Source: Antedon mediterranea (taxonomy: Eukaryota > Animalia > Echinodermata). Taken from it: 64,000 nt of DNA. A program made the translations under genes and the position numbers. The stretch lies in contig NC_092670.1 in assembly GCF_964355755.1 (NCBI RefSeq), positions 27,018,795 to 27,082,794 of the forward strand. Direction: 5' to 3'. A model generated the notes under the pieces. That model saw only the letters and a list, made by a program, of their open reading frames with translations. It made no database searches and was not told where the DNA came from. Positions 48,601-61,100 of this stretch are shown here, one piece after another; positions within the stretch are counted from its first letter, which is position 1; every line of letters begins with the position of its first letter.

Positions 48601-51340
48601 AATTATGAACGTTTGAATGTAATTTTCTTTTTATACCACACATTTGTGTGGTCAAACTTTGTGTTATCACTTTAAAAATATCAGTAAAATAATTATCATG
48701 AGGACTTTTCTTATTCTTAAAGCTCGGGTACAGGCATGAATTTTAAATATAATATCTGGTTAATTGTACATAAATCAAATATTTGTAATAGAAATCAAGA
48801 CGAAAAAACATGAATTTCCCTTAATATGGTCAAATACAAAATTTGGCAAAATTCTGCCATAAAAACCAGGAAGACTTTTTTTCAGTAGTTAGGTAGTTTA
48901 ACCTAATGTAATAACATGTCTGGTGACTCCCTAGAAGGTGAAAAAAGATGGTGGATATACGGTGGATAATTTTTGCTATAGCATGAAAATAAAAATCTGA
49001 AGTTGAATAAAAATACCCGAAATGTAAAATTTAAGTTATATTGCCTATATTTAGTCATCTAATGACATTTTTTTACCACAGCATTTATTTTTCATAGCTT
49101 TTTAAAATGCCTCTCTATTTACAAAATTTGTGTACAAAAGAATACAGATTTTACTGTGAAATTTGAACTCCCCCCCCCCCCCCCCCTGAAAAGAAAAATG
49201 CTTATTTTCAACAAGCTCGTGTAACACAAATAAAATCCCAAAAATTTATGAAACATAAGGGAAACTATAGATTGATAATTATTGGAATGTATGATCAAAT
49301 AGAAATTTTTTGCCTGCACCTGGCCTTTAAGAGATCAAAACGGGATTGAACGATAGGATTTTCACCCGGTGGCCTAATATATCTTCAATCTCTGCTTGTC
49401 TACCAGAAAATTCCCTTCAGCCTTAAAAACTTCTAAAATTATCCCAATTTATAAAAAAGGAAACCCTCATTCTTTTTCAAACTATCGTCAAAATCTATCT
49501 ATCATGTTTTTCAAAAATAATCGAACGTCTTATATATATTATTTTTTCTTATCACAATATTCTTCAAGACAACCAATATGGTTTCAGACCAAACTACTTC
49601 ACTGATCTTGCTGTTCTTGATATCTTTAACAAAATCTCCTCTGCTCTCTCTGACCATCATCACACAATCGGCTTATTCCTTGACCTTTCTAAAGCCTTTG
49701 ACACAATTGATTATTCCATCTTACTAAGTAAACTTTATCACTATGGTATTCGTGGGACTCCCTTATACTCTCTACTCTCTGACTACCTCCAAAACCGAAC
49801 CCAAATCACATCTTTTAATTCTCACTCCTCGTGTTGCCTTCCTTATGACTTGTGGCTTCCTCCAAGAATCTATACTTGGACCTCTCCTTTTCCTAATCTA
49901 CATCAATGATATCCAACAAGCCTCAAATTCATTTTCTTATGTTCTTTTTGCCGACAATTCCAATATTTTCCTCTCTCATCCCGACCTTAATAAATTAATT
50001 TCAACTTTTAATTCCAAAATTCACCACGTCTCAAACTGGTTCAAAACTAACAAACTCTCATTAAATATTGATGAAACTAACTTTATTCACTTCTCAAATT
50101 GTAACAAATCTAAATAAAACCACATGGAAATCTTCATAGATGTTTTAATTAAACAAGTTGATCATACTCAATTCCTTGGAGTGACAATTGACGACAAACT
50201 GAACTGGAAGCGTCGCATTACTACAATCTCCAACATAATCTCTCGATCTATAGGTATAATAAACAAACTCAAATTCACTTTCCCACAAAACATCTTACTT
50301 TCCCTTTATAATACCCTTATCCTGCCACATCTTAATTATTGCAACATTCCTTGGGCTGTCACACATTCCAAACACCAAACTGTTTGTCGATGGACTATAC
50401 CAGAAACAACAAGACATGACAAACTTTTTAAATTACAAAAAAAGGCGATCCGCATCTGTACCCATTCCCAACACCTCACTCATTCCAAACCCCTTTTCTA
50501 CAAAGTAAAAACTCTTAACATCTTCGACATACGGCTTTTTTCATGCACAAATTTAGTAATCAGAAACTTCCTATCACATTTAGTTTATTTTATTTTTATT
50601 TTATTCAATTTTCAGGCACAAAAATACATGACAACAAGACAGCGGTGCAGCACCCTGAGGATTGCCATGAGTGCAAAGCACTATCGAGATGGCTCTCCAT
50701 ATACTGCACTTCATTTAACCGATTCTTTACAAAAAACAACGAAGTTCACAATTATAACACCCGCAACTCTAACAAATATATCCCTATCAATAACCATTCC
50801 ACAGCAAGAAACTCAATTAAATCCACTGGCCCCATTTGATGGAACTCTTTTCAGACCTCTCTAACTAACTGCTCTTTCGAATCCTTCAAGTTTAGCTACA
50901 AATCATCGTTGGTATCAAAGTATTCAATCGATCTCCTCTAAGAATTCAGTCGTTCTCCTCTAACCCAGTTTTTTTATCTCTTGTCCAGCATCTTTGTCCC
51001 TTCTGTCCTCGTTTTGTCACGTGTTTTTGTCCTGTGTCTTGTTGTACTTGTGTATGTATAGCTTAATTTTTTTAATTTTTCTTTATTCTTGTTATTATAT
51101 TTATTAATTTATTCTTATTTTATTTTTAATTTATTTATTGACTACTTTTGAAACATTTATTATATATACTTTTTGAATTATTTTTTTCTGGTGGAAATAG
51201 CCTTAAAGCCCTTTGGGCTTATTTATGTTTCTCCAGCAGTGAGTAAGTGCATTCTACTTTACTTAGAAATAAGAAAAAAAACTGTCATGTTATTTCACAA
51301 TGATGTATCTTATCAAAATAAAATTGAATTGAAAAAAAAA
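45700..51340 (+). mobile_element. Degenerate L2/CR1-group (Crack-like) LINE ORF2, interrupted at about 46780-49370
   Basis: CYKCLSNVLPFNH, VYRSPN, CGDFN, PTRIT..TLIDNIF at 45820-46620; RT motifs FLDLSKAFDTI, QESILGPLLFLIYINDI, FADNS, FLGV at 49390-50550; tail aataaaattgaattgaaaaaaaaa. Confidence 0.88.
47500..49326 (-). mobile_element. Possible Kolobok-type DNA transposon remnant
   Basis: Terminus TTAA|AGGCCAGGTGCAGG (minus, TTAA at 49327-49330); degraded Cys-containing coding-like stretch from ATGGCG at about 48393; other end not found. Confidence 0.4.
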
Positions 51341-51693
51341 TGTGTGATTGGTGAATACGACTAGTTCTAATATTAATATTAGGTATATGTAATATACATT
51401 ATGTATGTTAGTGGAATTTTCAACCGCATTTTTGGCACGCAATTTAGGTTTTTCATAGCACCCTCTGGTTTCATAAAACAAGTTGGGATGTCGGAGTTTG
51501 TCATTGTAATAGTTTGTTTATATTGTGATTTATCATGTTTAATATCTTGTTGTTTTGACGCACCTTTCATACATTGAGTGCCACTGATGTAAATTGTGAC
51601 TGTATGTTATTATATTAATATTGGTTATCCGCACGTGGCGGATAACTCCTTGTTATTGTCAGGATCTTTTTTTTTTGGTTATCTGCACTTGCT

Positions 51694-53335
51694 CAGTGGC
51701 GGATCTAGGGGGGGGGTGGGGCACCCCACTTAATTCTCAAAAAAAAAAAAAAGATGCAGCCAACCACCGCGACCGTCGCTAGGCGTGTATTCGACGCACC
51801 TAACTCTTTTAATTAAGAAGAGAAGAGTAGGCTAGCCTAGAGCTAGGGTTAACATATTATACTGTAGTTGTGTAATAGGCCTACATAGTGAAAGAGTTAA
51901 GAGTTTAATTACTATTTATGAATTTAAGAGTTTAAAAAGAAAACGCGATTTAAAATCTTATGAAAATACCCACAACTGAGTTTATTTACAAAACACACGC
52001 AATCCTAACTACCAGCGTCACGTTTGTCTAGCTCGCTCCTCGTGTGAATGCGAACGTCATCACTCTCCAAAAATTCCCCATTTTCAGTTAACGTTAATTA
52101 CCGCCCTGGTCCGTGTGTGTGCAAGCGTTAGCGTGGTATATTTACACCCCTGTACAGAGTGGAGTGTAATATTGTAATATAATGTTGCGTTGTTGAGGTA
52201 CTAATGAAGACTCTTACTCGCTTGACTGTCGTAACACATATATTGTTTATTCAGTATAATACTTCAGTACAATATACAACTATAAGTATAGATAAGGAAC
52301 GGAGGATCAATGATGCTGTCGGTGAGGTGTGAAGTGTGTAGGTCTGCTTCTGAAGAAGTGGCTGCGAGGTGTGTGCTCCGTGAAGTGGCTGTAAGGTGTG
52401 TGCTCCGTGAAGTGGCTGTAAGGTGTGTCTGGGCTCTTCTGAAACTTGGGAGTATATTGGCCCTCGGTTCATTTACATATGTCACTATGTAATCTTAGAG
52501 GTTACTGATTGGTCCTAAGTTGGTCCAGGGGTGTTTAAGTGGGAATGATTGATCTTATCTGGGGAGGTTACAATGATGAATTGGCCCTGTCGAATCTCTG
52601 CTAAAAACTGTCAATATCTAATTGTTTTACGATGGGAACAGTCCCAAAGTTATTCTTTAGGGATTCTATTATAAACTAAATGGTCATTAAAACATCTGGA
52701 CAAACTCTCCTCTGGACTTTCTGGGTCAAGTTTGTGAACCTATTTGAATTCTGATACAAAGGTCAATTTCTTAAATATAACAGTATATCGTTATATTACA
52801 ATATCGTGAACTTTTTTCTCGCATATGAAGGTTTTTTATATAATAATGGTATGCAGTATAAACGATAAAAATAAACTAGAAATATGGTATTCTTTTATTA
52901 TTTCATAGGCATAGAATAAACATGAAATGTCTTGTATGTACACGGCCGAAAAAAAGTGTATGGCGTATTTGGCGTTTTATTGATTTGTGTTATAGACACG
53001 GCGATTACTACAATCATTGTATACTAAATTACATTGAGTTATTCACCCGGCTGTAGGGTATATATCTGAGGTTAATAGATCATTAAAACACAGTACACTA
53101 ACACATGCACTATCGAGGCATTTTCGGAGTACCACATTTACCAAATGTTCATTTTGTTTTAAGTGTTTTTCGATCAAAGTTTATTATTAGTTCGTCGAAA
53201 AAGATACGTACAGTATTTAGGAAGGATTTAATTAAATTTACATTATGTAACATTTGTTATTAAATGTGATGGAAACAGTTGCTCTAGCCTATTAAAGAGT
53301 GTGCAAGCATCTATTTTTTCAAAAATTTCCTGAGA
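51694..53335 (+). mobile_element. hAT-like non-autonomous element fragment
   Basis: Begins CAGTGGCGGATCTAGGGGGGG; interior homologous to 1-555; right TIR not found. Confidence 0.5.
52173..52800 (-). mobile_element. Solo LTR (628 bp), TSD ATAT, with an internal 27-bp tandem repeat
   Basis: TGTAATATAA...TTATATTACA; ATAT at 52169-52172 and 52801-52804; the paralogous site at about 135-155 lacks the insert; strand tentative. Confidence 0.85.
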
Positions 53336-54258
53336 CTCCTTTCGTGGCAGATTGTTTAACTCATAAAATTGACCTGTAGCTGTAGATGTGCAAGAAACTT
53401 TGTTATATGATATTAGAGTCACGCAGCGCAAGTTACGCACGATTTTATGAAATTTATGGTTGCTCATAAATTCTTTTAAAACAAATATTTTTCAGTGAAA
53501 CTTTACGAAAGTGTATTTCATAATATGGAGCAACTTTTGACATGATAAAAATGGCGTGCTACGCAAAAAATTATGCGAGTTATTTCTAATCAATTTTGCG
53601 TACATTTCAGGTCATTTTTAGCATTTACAAATTTTCTATTTGTTTGCGTTTTGCGCACGCACTTGTGTGCACAGTTCGTACAAAGCGTAGAAAAATGTTT
53701 TTTTGCAATTGATTTTTGTTTTTCATACGTTCTGTAGTATATTTAATTCTTTTATGAACTTTTATTGCAAATTAATGATGCATGTGCACGTTAATCTTTA
53801 GAAATCGTGTGAAAGAATAGGTAATATAATGCCAATTTGTATTTGGAAATATCTATTTTTATTCAGTTATTATAGCTCCCCATAATTTATTATGGAAGCT
53901 GATGAGTTGTAGATATCAATTCTTGTAAAATTAATTGTACCTACCGGTTGTTTTGACGTCACCATATGAGGCATGGCATCACAAAATCGGCGTAGTGTCG
54001 GAAATAATAATTTTTAACATTTTTATATATTCGTAATCTATATTTAATAAGCTTTGAAATGAGCCGTTGTTTATTAAAATTGGTTTATTATATGAAGAGT
54101 GATCGGGTTAGTGGTTTGTTTACAAAAGCGCCGTAAAGAAAGTTGATTTTTTAGTGAACAAAAATACAATTTCCTAATGATTTTCAATGGAAACGACTTA
54201 AATAATTGCAAAATACACATAATTTTTTTATGAACAAGAGTTTGATATGTTAAAGATA

Positions 54259-56342
54259 TGTAACCCTGCCATGGTTTACCATGTTTTCCTTATTAGATTT
54301 TTAATCTTTTAATCCTTTCTTTGTTGTTGAGCCCAAGTTTTAATTAGGGCCTGTTCGTAGGGGTTGAAAATACCAGCTTATTCCCGATTTCCGTTCGCGT
54401 GATCCAATTAACTTTTGCCTCAGGCTACAAAAAATTCGAGGCAAAATGTTCACCAAATTTGCAGGTTATTTCAGCGATAATCCAATTATACTCGGCCTTC
54501 GAGGATAATAAATCTCCGATAGAGGCAATGTGTCAAATTTTGACAAACGTTCGCTGCCTAGGCCCGTCATTTCTCCTACGAAGCTCTTCCATACACGCTT
54601 CGAGAGCGATCGTCAGCTGGTGCTGTCCTTGTTGGTGTAGACCGCTTAGGAATACACCCCGCTTAGTAGGCCTAGCTGGTCGGTGGTGTTTCCGTCGTGT
54701 AACATTGGGCTCAAATTCTTTGTCAATGAGTAAAATAATGGTCATCAGGAGAAGGCATATTTCGGCAGGATTATCGGCGTTAAGAGGCATAAGGTTTGTC
54801 GCAAGGATGATAAGCAGTGTAAAAGGTAGCAAGTAATTGTTATTGTAAAGAAAGATCGCGAGTAAAAAATATACAACACAAAACTAGCGTGCGAAAATGG
54901 GGTCGTTTGTTGTAAAGACAACTGACCTTAAAACGTAATTTCCGGTTTGTGATTCGTCGATTAAGCATTTAAGCGGTTAAATATTTCAAGTACAAACAAC
55001 GCTCAATTTATAACCCGAGGCATGGGTGAAATTAAGCGCTTATTTTAACCACCGTACGAACACGACCTTAGTTGTTTATCTTTTGGTTAGAACTTCCTTT
55101 GCTGTTTATGTCATTATGTCATAAACTATGTGGTAATGCATGAGAGCTTTCTGTTTTTTCTATAGACACTGACCAATAAGGGCCAGTTAACCCTTTGCTT
55201 TTTTCCCCAGCAACATGGATTGACCAATGGGATTAGCCTTGGTCAGGTGACTGGGCCAATATTAGGGTATGTTCCCATGTTTCATTCTCTTTTCCTGATT
55301 ATGCCATCTGAAGTGCTGGTCATTTCCAAGTGTTACAAATTAAAATATATGACTTATTTAAAGCTAACTTACGTTTTACTGTACTACAGTATAGTTTACA
55401 TTACCGAACTAAGTTTTAAGTTCGCGTTGGTTGGAAGTTTGTGCTAGTTTGGCATATTGCACTAAAAAAACTATATTTGATCGACTGTATTGTACATATT
55501 GGAGACTGTTCGTTTTATTTTGAATATTGGCTCTTTGTATAGGTGAGTGTTTGAACACCAATTTACTTTGTTCTATATTTAAAATTCATTATTGTATAAG
55601 TATATTACTGTTGTTATTATTTACAGTTAATGCTGTTTTAATGGAAGTCATTACAGTATAGTATATAACTTAACGTGACATTATTATTAATTATGTTTAA
55701 ACCTATTTTTATAAATGGAATGTTTCCATGATTGATCTGTTACTGTTAGGGTAAGCAGGCTCAAGATAGACCTATTATATGATATAGGCATTGTATAGAT
55801 CAGCAAATTGTTATTTTCCTCTTTTACTTATTTATTGTTCTTTAAGACAATGTTTTCATTTTCCTTTTCATTATGTTATTTTTGAAACAACGATTGCTAT
55901 TATCAAGTCGTTTATGACTATTGTAAGGTACATTCAATGTTAAACTATTTTAGACAGTATACTGTATTATTATACTGTATTTTGGCTCTTTGTATAGGCT
56001 ACCGAAGAACCACTGGTTCTCGGACACGGAAATTATCTGTTTAGACTGCTATATAAATCAACTGTATTCATCTACCGTAAGGCGAAAAATGCAAGACGGA
56101 GGTCAAGGTCGCCGTTGGAAGCGGTAGCTACCTTATCTTGAATAACCTTATCGGCGCCTTAGATAAAGTCATACTTTCCGTTCTCTTTTGTTTTATTTTT
56201 ATTTTATTCTAGTTTGGTCGAATAAACTGTGTTTTGTTCCATTTAAATTTATGTTCTGATGTTTTTGTATTTGAGTTACGTTTGCGCTATATTTATTCGT
56301 TAAGATTAATTATAAAAGTTGCGGAAACAAACCTGGGTTACA
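54259..56342 (+). mobile_element. Long solo LTR (about 1.36 kb without the nested Harbinger), TSD GATA
   Basis: TGTAACCC...GGGTTACA; GATA at 54255-54258 and 56343-56346; AATAAA at 56221. Confidence 0.8.
54347..55067 (-). mobile_element. Non-autonomous PIF/Harbinger element, TSD TTA
   Basis: Imperfect TIRs GGGCCTGTTCGTAGGGGTTGAAAATA and TATTTTAACCACCGTACGAACACGACC; TTA at 54344-54346 and 55068-55070; 99-aa ORF 54533-54832 may be a transposase N-terminal remnant. Confidence 0.7.
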
Positions 56343-57041
56343 GATAAGTGTTTGTAGTATCGTTTTTTATTGAAATTTTAAAATGTTTAGGTTAGGCCGT
56401 TTTTCACATTCTGAACTTCAAGGCAAAATATCTCAAAGTTCGGGTTGCGACTCTGCGCCGCTTTAGTGATGCCAGGCCTCATATTGCCACTCAAATTTTT
56501 TAAATAGATTTTTTTTCTCTTTTGTACTAATTAATCCCATTTCATTTAATAGAGCGCATCGCACCAATGCTGCGTTCCCCATTTTCTCCTAGATTTTAAT
56601 ATGTTCTTGCTAAATCAATTTTCTTTCAATGTCTTTTCTTTTAATGTAATTATTTAGATAAATTATCTTCTAAAACAGTTATCTTTATACTGTATGTCAA
56701 TTAGATGATGTCATCATGTTAATAAATGGATTTAAAAGATGAGTCTCGTAATTTCATCTAACTGTATATAACATAAACAGTGTGTACTGTAAATACTGTA
56801 ATATGCTGTATGACACAAAATAGGTACAATTCAGCACTGTAAACATATTTAATTCATGTCATAGGATGGCATAATAATTTTCGACGTTCATATAGTTTAA
56901 CGTATGTGCATGTTGCGTTGGCGCGGATAACCCAAACTCATCAAAGTGACGAGTTCAAATCTAGTTCTATCTTATTCTTCTTTCTTTCCACAAATTTTGA
57001 AATCTGGAAGTTGATGAGTATAAAATATAGGATTTCTTATA

Positions 57042-60000
57042 TAGTCCAGGAGTATTAGACAAAAAAAGGGCCAAAGGTAGAAATAAATATGCTAAAGCTG
57101 AATTTTTCAGGATAGGTCCCCAATGTTGTCTGGAACAACATACTAAAAGTCCCCGGGTTTCCCTGTTGTGCTTCAACCTGATTGGGCCATTTTTCAAAAT
57201 GGCGGCCATCTTAACATTATTTACCATATTTTGACAACCAGTAGGTGTAAGTAAACAATTTTGGTGTCAAAATACTCAGAAGACCAATATTTATATTCAC
57301 TGTAATGGAGAAGTTTTTAAAAAAACGACTGGAAATGCCTGTTTTGACCTTTGACCATAAATTTGGATTATCTCAATATCTCATCAACGACTGGCCGTAG
57401 AGAGTTCAAAATTGTCCCAAATTATTCAGATTGCCCAACTTTCTATTCACTCTAATGAAAGAAAAATACTAAATTCTTTTAGAAACCTTCTATTCTGACC
57501 TTTGAACTATTGACCTAGAAGCATATTTTAATTTTATAGACATCTTGGTGATCGATAGGAATACATAAGCGAAATTGGTGTCCAAATACTCAGAAGACCC
57601 ATATTTATATTCATTATAATGGAAAAGTTGTTTAAAAAATGACAGGAAATGCATGTTTTGAACTTTGACCCTAAATTTGGATTATCTCAATATCTCATCA
57701 ACGACTGGCCGTAGAGACTTCAAAGTTTTCCCAAATTATTCGGAATTCCCAACTTTCTATTTACTTTAATGAAAGAAAAATACCAAAAACCTTTAGAAAC
57801 CTTCTATTTTGACCTTTGAACTATTGACGTAGGCATATTTATTTTTATAGACATCTTGGTGATCGATAGGATACGAAATTGGTTTCAAAATTTATAACTT
57901 TGATCCTAAATTTGGGTTATATCAATACCGCATCAACTGCTGGCCGTAGAGACTTCAAAATTGTCCTAAATTAAGCAGTGTGCCCAACTCTCTATTCACT
58001 GTAGTTAAAGAAAAATACTAAAAGCCTTTAGAAACCACCTATTTTGCCATTTGAACTATTGATCTGGCCAATACAATATTTTATATCATAATTATATAGA
58101 AATCTTGGTGATCGATAGGAATACATAAGCGAATTTGTTGTCAAAATATTCCAAAACCTTTGACTTTAATCACTACATTATAATTTAATAATTTAAGTCC
58201 CAAATAGCATGATGGACATATCATACCATTCATCATGCCATGAGATGTCAAATTTATCTGAAACAGCCTAGAAAAAATGTCCGATGGACGAATAATAATA
58301 TTCATCAATATAGATATGAGGCCATAATTTCAGGTATCAAAGGGTCACAATGTGTCATTTGACAAATCACCTAAATAATAAAATACAATATGAAACTCTT
58401 ACAAATCTATCAAGATGGATTATAAAGAAATTGTCATTGTAAAGTTGTTATGGTCTTCAACAGATTTTCATGCCCTTATTTTATTAACCATCATAATTAT
58501 AGTCCTGAAGTATTTTCGATTGTTTGAGAATTTTGATTAGAAAAAATACAGAGAAAAATGTTCACATCTTAAAGATAAATGCAATAATTCTTTTAAAATT
58601 AAATTGCATCATATCAGATAAGAATCGGAGGTATGACTAGAGCCTAAAATGAGACTTGGACTGAGACCTTGATAAATGGTTGGGTGGGTGACTATGTACA
58701 GTGTGCAGTTTTAGACAATTTAAAAAATGTTATAAGATGAATTATGTACTCCAGACCTATATACACAAAGAAATGTAATAGTGCAGCTCAATTGAAAAAA
58801 AAAAACAAATTTTACCAATAAGTGTGTAACAAATTTTACCAATAAGTGTGTGTCAAATCAACCAGTAGTGGTCTCTGCTATATATTAAATGGCACTGCCG
58901 AAGAGGAAACATTTCAGAATTGGTATAGCTCCAATGTTTAAACATGGACATTAGCCATATAGAAAAGGGCGTGGCATTTTTTGGAGGACTAATTTCTAAC
59001 CTTAATATTTCAAGAATAAATAAATAATAAAATTTGTTTGGTTACTAATGAATAAAAGAAGTGAAAACAGGCTAAAGCCCAAACAGATAGTAAAATGTAT
59101 CATATATATATATAGTTTAAAATTGGGGCTTGGTTTGTCTGTTTAGCATCGGAGCAATTTGGAATGAATTTTACCTCTCATGGCAACGGCCATATTGTTA
59201 GATTCTGTCTGTCTTTATGTCAACTTAAATTTAACTTTTTGCATCTAAGCCCTCCCTCTGGAGAGCACGGGCTATTGTCGGTTTATACAGGTAAGCTAGG
59301 CACGAAATAAGACTAATTCTCATTAAAATGTAATGATTAAGGTCAAAGGTCAAAACACTTTCAATCGCATTTAGTAAATTATTTCTATAAGAGTAAACAG
59401 AAACATGGGTGTTTTGGAGTATTTTGACACCAAATTCCCTTATGTATTCCTATCGATCACCAAGATTTCTATACAATTTTGGTATAAAATATGACCAGAT
59501 CAAGGGTTCAAAGGTCAAAATAGAAGGTTTCTAAAGGAATTTGGTTTTTTTCTTTCATTAAAGTGAATAGAAAGTTGGGCATTCCGAATAATTTGGGACA
59601 ACTTTGAAGTCTCTATACGGCCAGTTGTTGAGATATTGAGATAATCCAAATTTAGGGTCAAAGTTCAAAACATGCATTTCCGGTCATTTTTTTAAAAACT
59701 TTTCCATTATAATGAATATAAATATGGGTCTTCTGAGTATTTTGACAGCAATTTCGCTTGTGTACTCCTATCGATCACCAAGATGTCTATAAAATTAAAA
59801 TATGTCTAGGTCAATAGTTCAAAGGTCAAAATAGAAGGTTTCTAAAGGAATTTGGTATTTTTCTTTCATTAAAGTGAATAGAAAGTTGGGCATTCTGAAT
59901 AATTTGGGACAACTTTGAAGTCTCTACGGCCAGTCATTGATGAGATATTGAGATAATCCAAATTTAGGGTCAAAGTTCAAAACATGCATTTCCGGTCATT

Positions 60001-60272
60001 TTTTTAAAAACTTTTCCATTATAATGAATATAAATATGGGTCTTCTGAGTATTTTGACACCAAGATTGTTTACTTACACCTACTGGTTGTCAGCATATGG
60101 TAAATAATTTTAAGATGGCCGCCATTTTGAAAAATGGCCCAATCGGGTTGAAGCACAACGGGGAAACCCGGGGACTTTTAGTATGTTGTTTCAGACAACA
60201 TTAGGGACCTATCCTGAAAAATTAAGCTTTAGCATATTTATTTCTACCTCAAAGTCTAATACTCCTGGACTA
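57042..60272. mobile_element. Academ-type element with about 1-kb TIRs built from ~300-bp tandem subunits, TSD ATA
   Basis: TAGTCCAGGAGTATTAGAC...GTCTAATACTCCTGGACTA; ATA at 57039-57041 and 60273-60275; arms 57042 to about 58150 and about 59340-60272. Confidence 0.88.
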
Positions 60273-60549
60273 ATATCATACCAAACTAGGCCAATGTTAA
60301 TGAAGTCAGGCAATATGCCTGAATGAATGAATGAATGATTGTGTTTGATTATTCCGAAGTTGGTGATTGCTTTTTTTCAAAATTTGCTTTCCTTTTTTTG
60401 AATTATCATTTGATGGGCAATAAGAAGGATAGAAAGTATTTTTTGACGATAAACTAATCTTTAAAATGTATAGGCACTATTCAATATGTCAGTTAATGCA
60501 ATAAATTGTTTTAATTTGTAATAAATTGTTAATTTCTTTAATTATTCAG

Positions 60550-60606
60550 GAGGAGATTGGTATAGAAACAGATGAAGAATGCAATGTTCAGTTACCTCCA
60601 CGATAA
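60550..60606 (+). CDS. PSMC3IP: HOP2 terminal coding exon: EEIGIETDEECNVQLPPR*
   Basis: ttcag acceptor; EExGIETDE motif of the HOP2 C-terminus; TAA stop. Confidence 0.95.
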   Translation, partial: EEIGIETDEECNVQLPPR

Positions 60607-60799
60607 TACAATATTCTGTAAGATACTCTGCCTACTGTACTACTACAGATTCAGTTTGTGGCACTACTGTACATGTGATGTTGGTAAAGTAAATGTCATC
60701 TCTTTTAAAGATTTGGATTGGATTTTTGACATGGAATGTATAATGATTATAAAATGGCTATGATTGAGCTCTGGACCATGTTACCTGATTGTCAAAGTA

Positions 60800-60805
60800 A
60801 ATAAA
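60800..60805 (+). promoter_or_regulatory. Candidate HOP2 polyadenylation signal AATAAA
   Basis: First AATAAA noticed about 195 nt after the stop codon; the motif is common in AT-rich DNA. Confidence 0.4.
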
Positions 60806-61100
60806 TCACAACTGCAACCATGACTCAGGATCAAGAGTAACATCATCATGACATCACAGCCCCAAGTGATCTAAGAGATTTCGCTATTGGAGTAGTTTAA
60901 TTATTGATTTAAAAGAGTAATGTTCTGAAATCTATACTGTAGTCTACTTGGAAAAACTACATGAAATTGATTTTTTTCAAATTTAAAACAGTACAGTAGG
61001 AACGAATTTTGACTAGTAACTCTGGTGAAAAAAGGTGTTGAAAATAAACAAATTAAAATATGTACAGAATATCAAAGGAAATGTATATTTAGGGCCTGTA

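Larger units (their letters stand above)
51622..56964 (+). mobile_element. Nested pair of Helentron-type elements containing hAT-like, solo-LTR and Harbinger insertions
   Basis: 5' palindrome TTATCCGC-acgtg-GCGGATAA (51625-51645); second 5' end at 51679; body at 53340-54000 and 56500-56960; 3' GCGGATAA, hairpin and CTAG|T at 56961-56964. Confidence 0.72.

Noticed and set aside
55738-56342. Shorter solo LTR starting TGTTAC at 55738
   Set aside because: Flanks mismatch (GATC versus GATA); the start at 54259 gives a perfect TSD and an 8-bp terminal inverted repeat
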